From positions 248,001 through 312,000 of the forward strand of contig JAPDFW010000073.1 in assembly GCA_028826165.1 (NCBI GenBank): 64,000 bases of DNA, given 5' to 3'. Numbering within the stretch: the stretch's first letter is position 1; every line of letters starts with the position of its first letter. The stretch is from Anaeramoeba ignava BMAN. Taxonomy: Eukaryota; Protista; Anaeramoebae. Made by a program: the position numbers and the translations under genes. Shown in pieces: positions 32,847 to 46,669 of this stretch. The notes beneath the pieces were generated by a model, which did no database searches, was not told where the DNA came from, and saw nothing but the letters and a program-made list of their open reading frames with translations.

Positions 32847-35811
32847 TCATTGATTTTTTTTTGTTTTTGAAATTTCTTTTTTTTTACTGAGCAAATCAAG
32901 TGAATTTTTTGAATTGAGATCATTTTGTATTTTTTTCTTAAATTTGTCATAAATTTTTTGGAATTCAAGAATTGTTTTTGGATTTTCTTTGATCCAAATT
33001 GAGTTGAATTCAACAAATAATTTTGAATAAATTTCATTAAATTGAATAAATTGAATTCCATTGATATAAAAATGAGGATCAAGAGTATGATTGTTCAATA
33101 AATCCAAAGCAAATGAAGTTATATTGAATCCAGTTGCTGCAAAAGGATAAAATGAACGTGATTCAGTATCATAAGAACTTTCTAAAGCGAATTTTGCTAA
33201 AGATGGGTATTTTTTAACAAAAAAAGCTAAATTTCGAACACCTAATAATCCCATTCCTCTAAAATCAGTTGTTGGATCATTTCTTTGGAATCCTTTTTAA
33301 ATCATTTATAAATAAATTTTATATCAATTTTAAATCAATTTTAAATCAATTTTAAATCAATTTTATATTAATTTTATATCAATTTTATCAATTTTAAATC
33401 AATTTTATATCAATTTTAAATCAATTTTAAATCAATTTTATATTAATTTTATATCAATTTTAAATCAATTTTATATCAATTTTAAATCAATTTTAAATCA
33501 ATTTTATATTAATTTTATATCAATTTTATATTAATTTTATATCAATTTTATATCAATTTTAAATCAATTTTAAATCAATTTTATATCAATTTTATATCAA
33601 TTTTATATCAATTTTAAATCAATTTTATATCAATTTTATATTAATTTTAAATCAATTTTATATTAATTTAAATCAATTTTAAATCAATTTTAAATCAATT
33701 TTAAATCAATTTTATATCAATTTTATATTAATTTTAAATCAATTTTATATCAATTTTATTAATTTAAATCAATTTTAAATCAATTTTAAATCAATTTTAA
33801 ATCAATTTTATATCAATTTTATATTTTTTATATCAATTTTATATCAATTTTAAATCAATTTTAAATCAATTTTAAATCAATTTTAAATCAATTTTAAATC
33901 AATTTTATATCAATTTTAAATCAATTTTATATCAATTTTATATTAATTTTAAATCAATTTTTTATATCAATTTTAAATCAATTTTTAAATCAATTTTAAA
34001 TCAATTTTAAATCAATTTTATATCAATTTTAAATCAATTTTAAATCAATTTTATATCAATCAATTTTAAATCAATTTTATATCAATTTTATATCAATTTT
34101 AAATCAATTTTAAATCAATTTTATATCAATTTTAAATCAATTTTATATTAATTTTAAATCAATTTTATATCAATTTTAAATCAATTTTAAATCAATTTTA
34201 AATCAATTTTAAATCAATTTTAAATCAATTTTATATCAATTTTATATCAATTTTAAATTAATTTTAAATCAATTTTTAAATCAATTTTAAATCAATTTTA
34301 TATCAATTTTTTAAATCAATTTTATATCAATTTTAAATCAATTTTATATCAATTATCAATTTTATATCAATTTTTAATTTTATATCAATTTTAATCAATT
34401 TTTAAATCAATTTTTAAATCAATTTTAAATCAATTTTATATCAATTTTAAATCAATTTTTATATCAATTTTAAATCAATTTTAAATCAATTTTTATATCA
34501 ATTTTTAAATCAATTTTATATTAATTTTAAATCAATTTTTAAATCAATTTTAAATCAATTTTTATATTATCAATTTTAAATCAATTTTAAATCAATTTTA
34601 TATTAATTTTAAATCAATTTTAAATCAATTTTATATCAATTTTAAATCAATTTTAAATCAATTTTAAATCAATTTTATATTAATTTTAAATCAATTTTTA
34701 AATCAATTTTATATCAATTTTTATATCAATTTTATATCAATTTTAAATCAATTTTAAATTAATTTTAAATCAATTTTAAATCAATTTTAAATCAATTTAA
34801 ATCAATTTTATATCAATTTTAAATCAATTTTATATCAATTTTAAATCAATTTTATATCAATTTTATATCAATTTTAAATCAATTTTAAATCAATTTTAAA
34901 TCAATTTTAAATCAATTTTAAATCAATTTTATATCAATTTTATATCAATTTTAAATCAATTTTTAAATCAATTTTATATCAATTTTATAATTTTAAATCA
35001 ATTTTAAATCAATTTTATATCAATTTTATATCAATTTTATATCAATTTTAAATTAATTTTAAATCAATTTTAAATCAATTTTATATTAATTTTATATCAA
35101 TTTTATATCAATTTTAAATCAATTTTAAATTAATTTTAAATCAATTTTAAATCAATTTTAAATCAATTTTAAATCAATTTTATATCAATTTTAAATCAAT
35201 TTTAAATCAATTTTAAATCAATTTTATATCAATTTTATATCAATTTTATATCAATTTTATATTAATTTTAAATCAATTTTAAATTAATATTGATTAATTG
35301 ATAAGCTACCAAGTCTTTTCCATTTTCTATCCAAAATAAACGTTTCATCAGAATCATCAATAAAATTTTCCCAAACACTTGATAATAATTCTAAGTGAGT
35401 ATTTTTTGTTGGATCAAATTTCTCTGCTCGATATTGTTCAATATTTGTTCTTAATAAATTCATTTCTGAAATATCTTGCAAACATTTAATAATATTTTCA
35501 TTTAAATTTTTATTTACTTTTTCCATTTTTTTTAATTTGATAATTTCATTCTTAATTTTTTCAAATTTGATTGTTTTTTCACAAAAAATTTTATTTCTAA
35601 TCTCTTCAAATACAACAGAATTTAATAAAAATTTTGTAAATTTAATTGACATTTCTTTTGTGTAATCATTTTTTTCTAAAGTTAATTGTATTTGTGATTT
35701 TCCAGTTATTAATTGTATTAAAAAGTTTAAAATCAATTTATATTTCTTTAAAAATAAAAATAGAATTAAAAAAAATAAAAAATATTTAAAAAAATAGAAT
35801 AAAGAAAACAT
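32847..35811 (-). CDS. ELMO-domain protein (ELMOD-like Arf/Arl GAP); 2 exons, intron 33293-35309
   Basis: The splice joins WKRLG|FQRNDPTTDFRGMGLLG; YPFAATGFNIT; N-terminal LIQLITGKSQIQ resembles ELMOD proteins. Confidence 0.9.
33320..35285. repeat. 11-bp minisatellite (AAATCAATTTT/ATATCAATTTT)n filling the ELMOD intron
   Basis: Directly visible. Confidence 0.92.
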
Positions 35812-36931
35812 TCAAAAATGAAAAAAAAAATGAAATTTTTTATTATTGTAAAATTGATTCGAAATTTATGAGTTTTGTTGTTACAGAAGACAAGGAAAAA
35901 GCAAGAAAAAAAAGAAGAACTTTTTTCTTTTTCCTTCCAAAAAAAAATTAAATTGAATTAAATTGAATTGAATTGATTTATAAAATTGAATTAAATTATT
36001 AAATTAAATGAAATTGAATTAAATTATTAAATTGAATTGAATTAAATTAAATTAAATTAAATGAAATTAAATTAAATTATTGAATTAAATTAAATTTATT
36101 AAATTATTAAATTATTTTTCAAATTTAAATTGTTTTTGAATTGAATTTTATTTTATTATTAAATTGAATTTTATTAAAATTTTAAATTGAATTAAATTAA
36201 AAAATTAAATTAATTTTTAAAAATTAAATAAATTTTGAATTAAATTGAATTAAATTAAAATTAAAAAAATCAATTGAATTAAATTTAAAAAATAAAATTA
36301 AATTAAAAATAAAAAATTTAAAATTAGAATTATAAAATTAAATTAAAAATGAAAATTGAAAATTGAAATTTTTGAATTGTAAAATTTATGAAATTAAATT
36401 AAATTGAATTAATTTGAATTAAGGAAAAAAATTAAATTGAATTGAACTTTTTCTTTTTGAATTAAAAAATTAAATTATTAAATTAAATTGAATTAAATTA
36501 AATTAAATAAAATTATTAAATTAAATTGAATTGAATTAAATTAAATTGAATTAAATTAAATTGAATTAAATTCTCTATAAAATTAAATTAAATTAAATTA
36601 AATTAAATTAAATTAAATTAAATTAAATTAAATTATTAAATTATTAAATTATTAAATTAAATTATTGAATTGAATTGAATAAAATTAAATTGAATTAAAT
36701 TGAATTAAATTAAATTAAATTAAATTGAATTAAATTAAATTATTAAATTAAATTGAATTAAATTGAATATTAAATCGAATGAAATGAGTTGAATTGATGT
36801 TGAAAAAATAAAAGAGGATCAAGTTATTAAAAGTAAACATTAAGAAGCAAGGAAAAAAGAAAAAGTCATCAATTAAGAAAAAAAAACTTGAAGGAAAATT
36901 AAAACGAAAATGGAAACGGAAAGTTTTTTTT

Positions 36932-39900
36932 TCAAAAAAGTCTCCATTGAAACACCGACATATCCTTGCTTCCAACGGAAATAATATGAGATTTGCCAAG
37001 ACATCTAACATTAGGAACAGAAGCACCATGACCAGAATACTTAGTAACTTGAGATAAATCAAGAGAAGGATAAGGATAAGTAATAATTAAAGAAGATGAA
37101 TTTTTAGTTGAAACTAAACATGCGCCCAAAATATCAAAATCAGAAGAATCTGGAAGTTTTTGTGAAATTTCGCAAGTATTAGTTTCCCATTGAATTCCGT
37201 TGATATTATCAAGAGGTTTTCCTCTATCGGCTGAAAAATAATAAGTTTGTTTTCCATTCGAAACACGGAATTCAGTTGAAGTATTTGACCAATCAATAGC
37301 AGTAACTGATCCGTTAATATGAACATCAAACGATTTTCGGAATTTTGTTTCCGATCTGTAATTTGCAACTGTTCCGTCTTCAAATCCAATTATTAAATAT
37401 GACATGTTTGATGAAAATTTGATAATTGTTGTTGATGTTGTCATGTCTTTTCGATTTGCAACTTGCTTTAAATCAGATGTAAACACTAAAAACTCTCCAT
37501 CTCGAAGTCCTATTGCAATTAATGAACCATCTGGTGAATATGCAACTGACCGAGGTTGTCCGTTAATGCTCATTTTTGTGATCATTTGTTTTGTTATACT
37601 GCTCCAACTTAAAACAGTTCGATCATCACTTACTGTTACAAATTCAGGTTTTGTTGGATGTGTTGCTACTCCCCATACTTCATCTCCATGTGGCTTTTTA
37701 TTTCCAATTTACAAATTAAAATTAAAATTAAAATTAAAATTAAAATTTAAATTTAAATTTAAATTAAAATAAAATTAAAATTAAAATTAAAATTAAAATT
37801 AAAATTAAAATTAAAATTAAAATTAAAATTAAAATTAAATATTAAAATTAAAATTAAAATTAAAATTAAAATTAAAATTAAAATCAAAATTAAAATTAAA
37901 TATTAAAATTAAAATAAAAATTAAAATTAAAATTAAAATTAAAATTTAAATCAAAATTAAAATTAAAATCAAAATAAAAATTTAAAATTAAAATTAAAAT
38001 TAAAATTAAAATTAAAATTAAAATTAAAATTAAAATTAAAATTAAAATTAAAATTAAAATTAAAATTAAAATCAAAATTAAAATTAAAATTAAAATTATA
38101 ATTTAAAATTAAAATTAAAATTAAAATTAAAATTTAAATTTAAAATTAAAAATTATTTACTTGAATAATAGGTGTTGCAAATCCTGTTGATAATTCAGCT
38201 TCCCAAATTTGGTTTTTATTAGTTCCTGCAACAACTCTTCCATTACTATCAAAATCAACAGCACGAATAGGACCAGCAACAATTGAATCAACACGACTAA
38301 CTTGTGTTAAATTTTTTTCATCCCAAAGACAAACTTTTCCATCTTTCCCACCTGAAACAAAATAAGTTGAAGAAGAACTATGAAGAGTTAAACAAGGACC
38401 CTAATTTCAATAATTAAAAATTTCAATTAAAAAATTTCAATTAAAAATTTCAATTAAAAAATTCAATTAAATTTCTTTTTGTTTTCTTTCTTTCATTTTC
38501 AAAATAGAACTTACAACATGTGCTCTAAAAGTTTTCTCAATTGCATATTTTGAAGACCAAACATATACTTCTCCTGTTTTTGTTCCTGTTAAAGTTTTCC
38601 CAAATTTACTAACAAGTAATGATAATAACATAGTTTTTTGCTTATTTACAAAGTTTCCTTCATGAAAACTTAAATTTCCTGAATCGGAAAGTTGCCAAAA
38701 TCTAACATGAGAAATTCCACATGTAACAAATTTTGATGGATCATTTGGATTACATTCAACACATAAAACCTTAAATATTTGAATATTTGATTTAAGTATT
38801 TTATTTTAATATTTTATTTAAATATTTGATTTTAATATTTAATTTAAATATTTTATTTTATTTTAATATTTGATTTTAATTTAAATATTTGATTTTAATA
38901 TTTAAATATTTGATTTTAATATTTGATTTAATATTTGAATTGAATATTTAATTTGAATATTGAATTAAATATTTAATTTGAATATTGAATTACTTTGTTT
39001 TCATGTCCTGATTGAGATGCAAGTAATTTTTTATTTTCCCAATCCCAAACTTCAACTGTATGAGAATCATTTCCAAAAACAGCATGAAGCCATTTTCCAT
39101 CACTAGAAAAAGATAAAGCAACAACATCACCACTTTCTTTAGAATTAAAACTTGTTAATAACTCAACATTAGTTGTATCCCAAACACAGATTAAAGGTTG
39201 ATTACCCTCTTGTCCAGAAGCAACATACTTTTTATTAGGATGAATAGCATTACTAAATAATAATTATAATAATTTCAATTTTAATTTTAATTTTAATTTT
39301 GATTTTAATTTTGATTATAATTTTGATTTTAATTTTGATTTTCATTTTCAATTTGATTATAATTTTAATTTTGATTTTAATTTGAATTTTAATTTGAATT
39401 TTAATTTTAATTATAATTTTGAATTATAATTTTGAATTTGATTTTCAATTTTAATTTTAATTTTAATTTTGATTTTAATTTTCAATTTGATTTTGATTAT
39501 AATTTTGATTTTGATTTTGATTTTAATTTTAATTTTAATTTTGATTTTAATTTTGAATTTAATTTTAATTTTGAATTTGATTTTGATTTTAATTTTAATT
39601 TTAATTTTGAATTTAATTTTAATTTTGAATTTAATTTTAATTTTGAATTTGATTTTAATTTTAAATTATAATTTTAATTTTAATTATAATTTTAATTATA
39701 ATTTTGAATTATAATTTTAATTTTAATTTTAATTTTAATTTTCATTTTCAATTTGATTTTAATTTTAATTTTAATTTTAATTTGAATTTTAAATGAATTT
39801 TAATTGATTTACGATGAAATTAATGCTGTATGACCAAGAAAAATTTTTTGAGTACGAGAACGTAGATTAAAAACAACACCAACTTGTGCAGTATAATAAA

Positions 39901-42900
39901 CAATATCTTTATTAACAGTATAATGGATATTATTTCTACTTTCAACACCATGATAACCATAAACAAACTCAATTTGTAACCCCATTGCATTTTGAGGTAT
40001 ATGTTGATTATGATTAAGAGAAGTTTTGTGATGCTTTTTATGTTGAACTTTTTGTGTTTGACTGTTTTGAATTTCAAAAGCAATTTGTGAATCAGATTGT
40101 GATCTTTGTCTTTTATCAAGTTTAGTCGGCGTTGAAAGTTGTACTTCTTCTTGTGGTTTGTATTTATTCATCAAATTTCGCAAATATTCTTGGGTTGATA
40201 ATTTCGGACTTGATTCTTCAGATTTTACTGGGGTTTGTTGATAAGGAACATCTTTTCTTTCTACAAGTGATGATTTTCTATTCGGTTCATTAACAGAAGT
40301 TGTTTCTGAATCAAAAGAACTGTGTCTTGGAACCCCAAGATCACTCCGCAAATTGTTTGGTTTGTCTTTCTTTTCGAGACTGTATCTTCTTTTGATTTCA
40401 TCAATTTTTGATTGTGTATCTTTTAGTTTAGATAAATTTATTGGTGAATTTGAAAGGTTTGAATATTCAGAATTTGTTTGATTTTGATTTTGATTTTGAT
40501 TTTGATTTTGATTTTGATATTGATTTTGATATTGATTTTGATATTGATTTTGATATTGATTTTGATATTGATTTTCATTTTCATTTTGATATTGATTTTG
40601 ATATTGATTTTCATTTTCATATTGATTTTCATTTTCATATTGATTTTCATTTTCTATTGGTTTTTGTATTTTTTGTGAATCTCCATTTTGTGCTCGTATT
40701 TTATCAAGATATGCCTCATAAAATGGTTTATCTTTTGTTTTTGGTGATGTTGATATTGGTGATGTTGTAATCGATGGTTTTCTTTGAGTTTCATCAGATT
40801 TTGCTGTTGTTTTCCAATTGTGATCTTGTATTGTGTGAATTGATTTTGGTTCTGGTGTTTTTGGTAATGGTCGTGTTTTGCTTGTTTTGTGTGATTTCAT
40901 TTCTGAATGTGGATGAACCGATTTTTGATGTTTAGTTGGAGTTTTCAATGAATAATCAGTTACTTCTTGGTTTGGTGAATGTGATTTAATTTCTTCATGT
41001 TTTGGTGAATGTGATTTAATTTCTTCTTGTTTTGGTGAATTTGATTTAATTTCTTCATGTTTTGATGAATGTGAATGTGAGTGTGAATGCGAATGTGAAT
41101 GCGAATGCGAATGTGAATGTGAATGTGAATGTGAATGTGATTTAATTTCTTCATGTTTTGGTGAATGTGATTTAATTTCTTCTTGTTTTGGTGAATTTGA
41201 TTTAATTTCTTCTTGTTTTGGTGAATTTGATTTAATTTCTTCTTGTTTTGGTGAATTTGATTTAGTTTCTTCTTTTGGTGAATTTGATTGTACTGGTAAT
41301 TCATTAGTTTTTGGAAATTCGAATTGTTTAATCACATCCTTTTTATATTTTTTTTCAAAAGAAATAATTCAATTTATTTTTATTTTTATTTTTATTTTTA
41401 TTATTATTTACACTTTTCTTTTGCATTGTCTCAAATATATGGATCATGTATTCTACTGTAATTTCTGATTTCCCTGTTTTAAGTGAAAATGTTTCTCGTT
41501 TGAAATTTTCTGGTTGAAAATCTAAAAGTGGAATTTCATGTCCGCCAATTTTAATTTCCCTATTTTTATTCATGATTATTTATTAATAAATTCCTATAAT
41601 TGATTAATATTTTTATTAATGAAATTTAACTTACGTATCACCTGCATGCCAAACTTCAAGTAAACAAAGTCGAGGTTGTGTTGCAAGTCCAAAATAAAAA
41701 GTCTATTAAAATTAAAATTATATTTAAAATTAAAATTAAAATTAAAATTAAAATTAAAATTAAAATAAAATTAAAATTAAAATTAAAATTAAAATTATAA
41801 TTAAAATTAAAATTATATTTAAAATTATATTTAAAATTATATTTAAAATTAAAATTAAAATTAAAATTAAAATTAAAATTAAAATTAAAATTAAAATTAA
41901 AATTAATATTAAATTATAATTAAAAATTAAAATTATAATTAAAATTAAAATTAAAATTAAAATTAAAATTAAAATTAAAATTAAAATTAAAATTAAAATT
42001 AAAATTAAAATTAAAATTAAAATTAAAATTAAAATTAAAATTAAAATTATTATAATTAAAATTAAAATTAAAATTAAAATTAAAAATTAAAATTATAATT
42101 AAAATTAAAATTAAAATTAAAATTATAATTAAAATTAAAAATTAAAATTATAATTAAAATTAAAATTAAAATTATAATTAAAATTAAAATTAAAATTATA
42201 ATTAAAATTAAAATTAAAATTAAAATTAAAATTAAAATTGAATTAATTAAAATTAAAATTAAAATTAAAATTAAAATTAAAATTAAAATTAAATTAAAAT
42301 TAAAATTAAAATTAATATTATAATTAAAATTGAAATTATAATTTTATAAAATATAATTAAAATTAAAATTAAAATTAAAAAAATTAAAATTAAAAAATTA
42401 AAATTAAAATTAAAAATTAATAAAATTAAAATTATAATTAAAATTATAATTAATTAAATTAAAATTAAAATTAAAATTAAAATTATTAAAAATTAAAAAT
42501 TAAAATTAAAATTAAAATTAAAATTAAAATTAAAATTAAAATTAATATTAAAATTAAAATTAAAATTATAATTAAAATTAAAATTAAAATTAAAATTAAA
42601 ATTAAAATTAAAATTAAAATTAAAATTAAAATTAAAATTAAAATTAAAATTAAAATTAATATTAAAATTAAAATTAAAAAATTAAAAATTAATATTAAAA
42701 TTAAAATTAATATTAAAATTAAAATTAATATTAAAATTAAAATTAATATTAAAATCAAAATTAATATTAAAATTAAAATTAAAAATAATATTAAAATTAT
42801 AATTAATATTATAATTAAAATTATTATAATTAATATTAAAATTAAAGAGATACTTCATCCCAAATAGGATCAGATGAATCATTTTTGACCGAAGTTTTTT

Positions 42901-43239
42901 CAGTCATTGTAGAACCGAGAAAAACTGAACAAAAAGAAGTTTTGACAGGAAGATTTTTTGCACTATGAACATTTATAATAAACCAATTAAAGTATATTTT
43001 TTCTCAATTGTAATAGGTTTTTTATTACAACAACATTTTGAGTTTCTATTAAAAATTGGAGGTGAAGTTTTCCATTTTGTTTTATTAGTTTTGCCCGCGT
43101 CTTTACTTGTTGTTTTGCCTGCTTTTTTTTTCGCTTGTCTCTTTGACTGTTTTTCTTTTTGTAATTGTTTTTCTCTTTTTAATTTCTCTTTTTTTGCTTG
43201 TTCTTTTCGTTTTGCAATTTTTTTTTGCATTGAAGACAT
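36932..43239 (-). CDS. EML (echinoderm microtubule-associated protein-like) HELP/WD40 protein with an N-terminal C2-like domain; multi-exon
   Basis: HELP motif LQIEFVYGYHGVESRNNIHY, then AIHPNKKYVASGQ, HGDEVWGVATHP and SVGSKDMSVFQW. Upstream exons AKNLP...DPIWDE|TFYF...LLEVWH are C2-like. The first exon has an unresolved frame break near 42970-43030. Confidence 0.85.
41705..42845. repeat. (AAAATT)n repeat filling an EML intron
   Basis: Directly visible. Confidence 0.9.
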
Positions 43240-43751
43240 TTTAATTTATCGAAAAAAAAAATGAAATCTTGATTTTCAAAATAAAATTTTTTTTAATTTT
43301 TTTTTTTTAATTTAATTACAAATCTTTTAAATTTAAAAAAAAAATTAAAATAATACTGATCAAATTTCGAATAAACAATTTTAATAAATAATTAATAAAT
43401 TAAATAAATAATAAATAATAGAAATAAATAAGGGAAATAAAAGGGAAAAAAAGTTTTTATTTATTTTTTTTTTTCTTATTTTTTTTCTTATTAATTTTTT
43501 TAATTTATTTTGCCAGATTTTATTTTTCTTCTTTTTTTAATTTAATTTAAATAAAAAAATTAATCAAATTAAAAATAAAAATAAAATAAATAAAGATCAG
43601 TAATTTTAAGTAAAGTTTCATCAGATTTTTATTTTATTATTTTATTTTATTTTCTTTTTATTGATTATTTTCGCTTTTAAAAAAAAAAGAAAAAAAAAAA
43701 CTGGAATGAAAAAAAAATTTTTTCTTGATCTTCTTTTTTTTTTGAAAATGT

Positions 43752-46543
43752 TTATAATTCTTTTTCTGTTCCACAAGCAGCAGGTTTTGTTCCTTTATAT
43801 CTTTTACAAACTTCTTGAATAAAAGATTCTGTATCAGAAAAAGGACATTTATTCTATAAAAAAGAAATCAATTAATATTTTGGATTAAATTAATATTTTG
43901 GATTAAATTTATATTTTGGAATAAATTAATATTTTGGAATAAATTTATATTTTGGAATAAATTAATATTTTGAATTAAATTTATATTTTATTATTTTGGA
44001 ATAAATTTATATTTTGGAATAAATTTTTATATTTTAGAATAAATTTAATATTTTTGGATTAAATTTATATTTTGAATTAAATTTATATTTTTGAATTAAA
44101 TTTATATTTTGGAATTTAAATTTTTATATTTTGGAATAAATATATATTTTGGAATTAAATAATATTTTTGAAATTTATATATTTTGGAATAAATTAAAAT
44201 ATTTTGAATTAAAAATTTTGAATTAAATATATTTTGAATTAAATTTAATTTTTTAAATATTTTGAATTAAATTTATATTTTGAATTAAATTAATATTTTG
44301 GATTAAATTTATATTTTTTTGAATTAAATTAATATTTTGAAATAAATTTATAAATTTTATTTTTTGAATTAAATTTATATGAATTTTGAATTTTAAATTT
44401 ATATTTTTTGAATTTTGAAAAAATTTATATTTTGAATAAAATTTTGAATTAAATTTATATAAATTTTATTTTGAATTAAAATTAAATTTTGAATTAAATT
44501 TATATTTTGGAATAAATTTATATTTTGAATTAAATTTATATTTTGAATTAAATTTATATTTTGGAATAAATTTATATTTTGGAATAAATTAATATTTTGA
44601 ATTAAATTTATATTTTGAATTTAATTAATATTTTGAATTTAATTTACAAGATTCCATTCGCAAACAGATTCATCATCAATGAAAATTGTTGGAGCCCAAG
44701 TTGCTTTTAAATTTTTTGCTCTTGATGATGATTGGAATAATAATTTTGATGATTCTCTCTTTTTACATTCTTTGAGAATTTTCCAATCCATTCCAACTTC
44801 TTCTGCACATTTTTCTGCATTTTCTGGAATTGATGGTCTATCTCTTCCTAAACATCTTGCAAATTGTAGATAATGAAAGTTATCTGGATATTTATCTTGT
44901 GCACATAAAATTAGTTTATCTCCATCACATTCTGTTTTTCCTTTTTGACTTTTTATTGTTTCAAATATAGAATTGATTTAAAATTAATTTAAATTTGATT
45001 TATAATTAATTTAAAATTGATTTATAATTAATTTAAAATTAATTTAAAATTGATTTAAAATTGATTTAAAATTGATATAAAATTGATTTAAAATTGATTT
45101 AAAATTGATTTAAAATTGATATAAAATTGATATAAAATTGATATAAAATTGATATAAAATTGATTTAAAATTGATATAAAATTGATTTAAAATTAATTTA
45201 AAATTGATATAAAATTGATATAAAATTGATTTATAATTAATATAAAATTGATTTAAAATTGATTTAAAATTGATTTAAAATTGATTTAAAATTGATATAA
45301 AATTGATTTAAAATTGATATAAAATTGATTTAAAATTGATTTAAAATTGATTTAAAATTAATTTAAAATTGATATAAAATTGATATAAAATTGATATAAA
45401 ATTGATTTAAAATTGATTTAAAATTGATATAAAATTGATTTAAAATTGATTTAAAATTGATTTAAAATTGATTTAAAATTGATTTAAAATTGATTTAAAA
45501 TTGATATAAAATTGATATAATATTGATATAAAATTGATTTAAAATTGATTTAAATTTGATATAAAATTGATTTAAAATTAATTTAAAATTAATTTAAAAT
45601 TGATTTAAAATTGATATAAAATTGATTTAAAATTGATTTAAAATTGATATAAAATTGATTTAAAATTGATTTAAAATTGATTTAAAATTGATATAAAATT
45701 GATATAAAATTGATATAAAAATTAATTTAAAATTGATATAAAATTGATTTAAAATTGATTTAAAAATTAATTTAAAATTGATTTAAAATTGATTTAAAAT
45801 TGATTTAAAATTGATTAAAATTGATATAAAAATTGATATAAAATTGATATAAAATTGATATAAAATTGATATAAAATTGATATAAAATTGATATAAAATT
45901 GATATAAAATTGATATAAAATTAATATAAAATTGATTTAAAATTGATTTAAAATTTAATTAAAATTGATATAAAATTGATATAAAATTGATTTAAAATTG
46001 ATTTAAAATTGATTTAAAATTGATTTAAAATTGATTTAAAATTGATTTAAAATTGATTTAAAATTGATTTAAATTTGATTTAAAATTGATATAAAATTGA
46101 TTTAAAATTGATTTAAAATTAATTTAAAATTGATTTAAAATTGATTTAAAATTGATTTAAAATTGATTTAAAATTGATTTAAAATTGATTTAAAATTGAT
46201 TTAAAATTGATTTAAAATTGATTTAAAATTGATTTAAAATTGATTTAAAATTAATATAAAATTGATATAAAATTGATATAAAATTAATTTAAAATTGATT
46301 TAAAATAAAATACCATTTAAAAGCAATTTGAGATTTATCTCCAACTTCAATTTGAGTAATAAATCCAATATTAGCAGTGAAAATATCTCCAATAGCTTCA
46401 GTAGCTGACCACATTTTTTCAATAAATTCAGAAGTATCTTTACATTTACTCATTCCAAAAACTTCTACTTTTACTTTTTCTTGAGAAAAAACATTTTGGA
46501 AGAAAAGAATTTGAATTAAAAATAAAATGGTTAAAAATTTCAT
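43752..46543 (-). CDS. GILT-like thiol reductase (IFI30 family), 3 exons, signal peptide
   Basis: MKFLTILFL signal; MSKCKDT; spliced FKC|QKGKTECDGD; WAPTIFI; ends CGTEKEL*. Long introns at 44949-46313 and about 43854-44647. Confidence 0.88.
44970..46305. repeat. 11-bp minisatellite (AAAATTGATTT/AAAATTGATAT)n filling GILT intron 1
   Basis: Directly visible; reverse complement of the ELMOD intron repeat. Confidence 0.92.
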
Positions 46544-46669
46544 TTAAAAAACAAAAAGAAAAATGAATTGAAAAAATTGAAAATCCAAATAATTTCCTTT
46601 TTTATTTTAAATCTTTTATTTTTTTTAGGGGATTCTTTTGACTATTCCACGTGTTTAAAATAAATAAAT

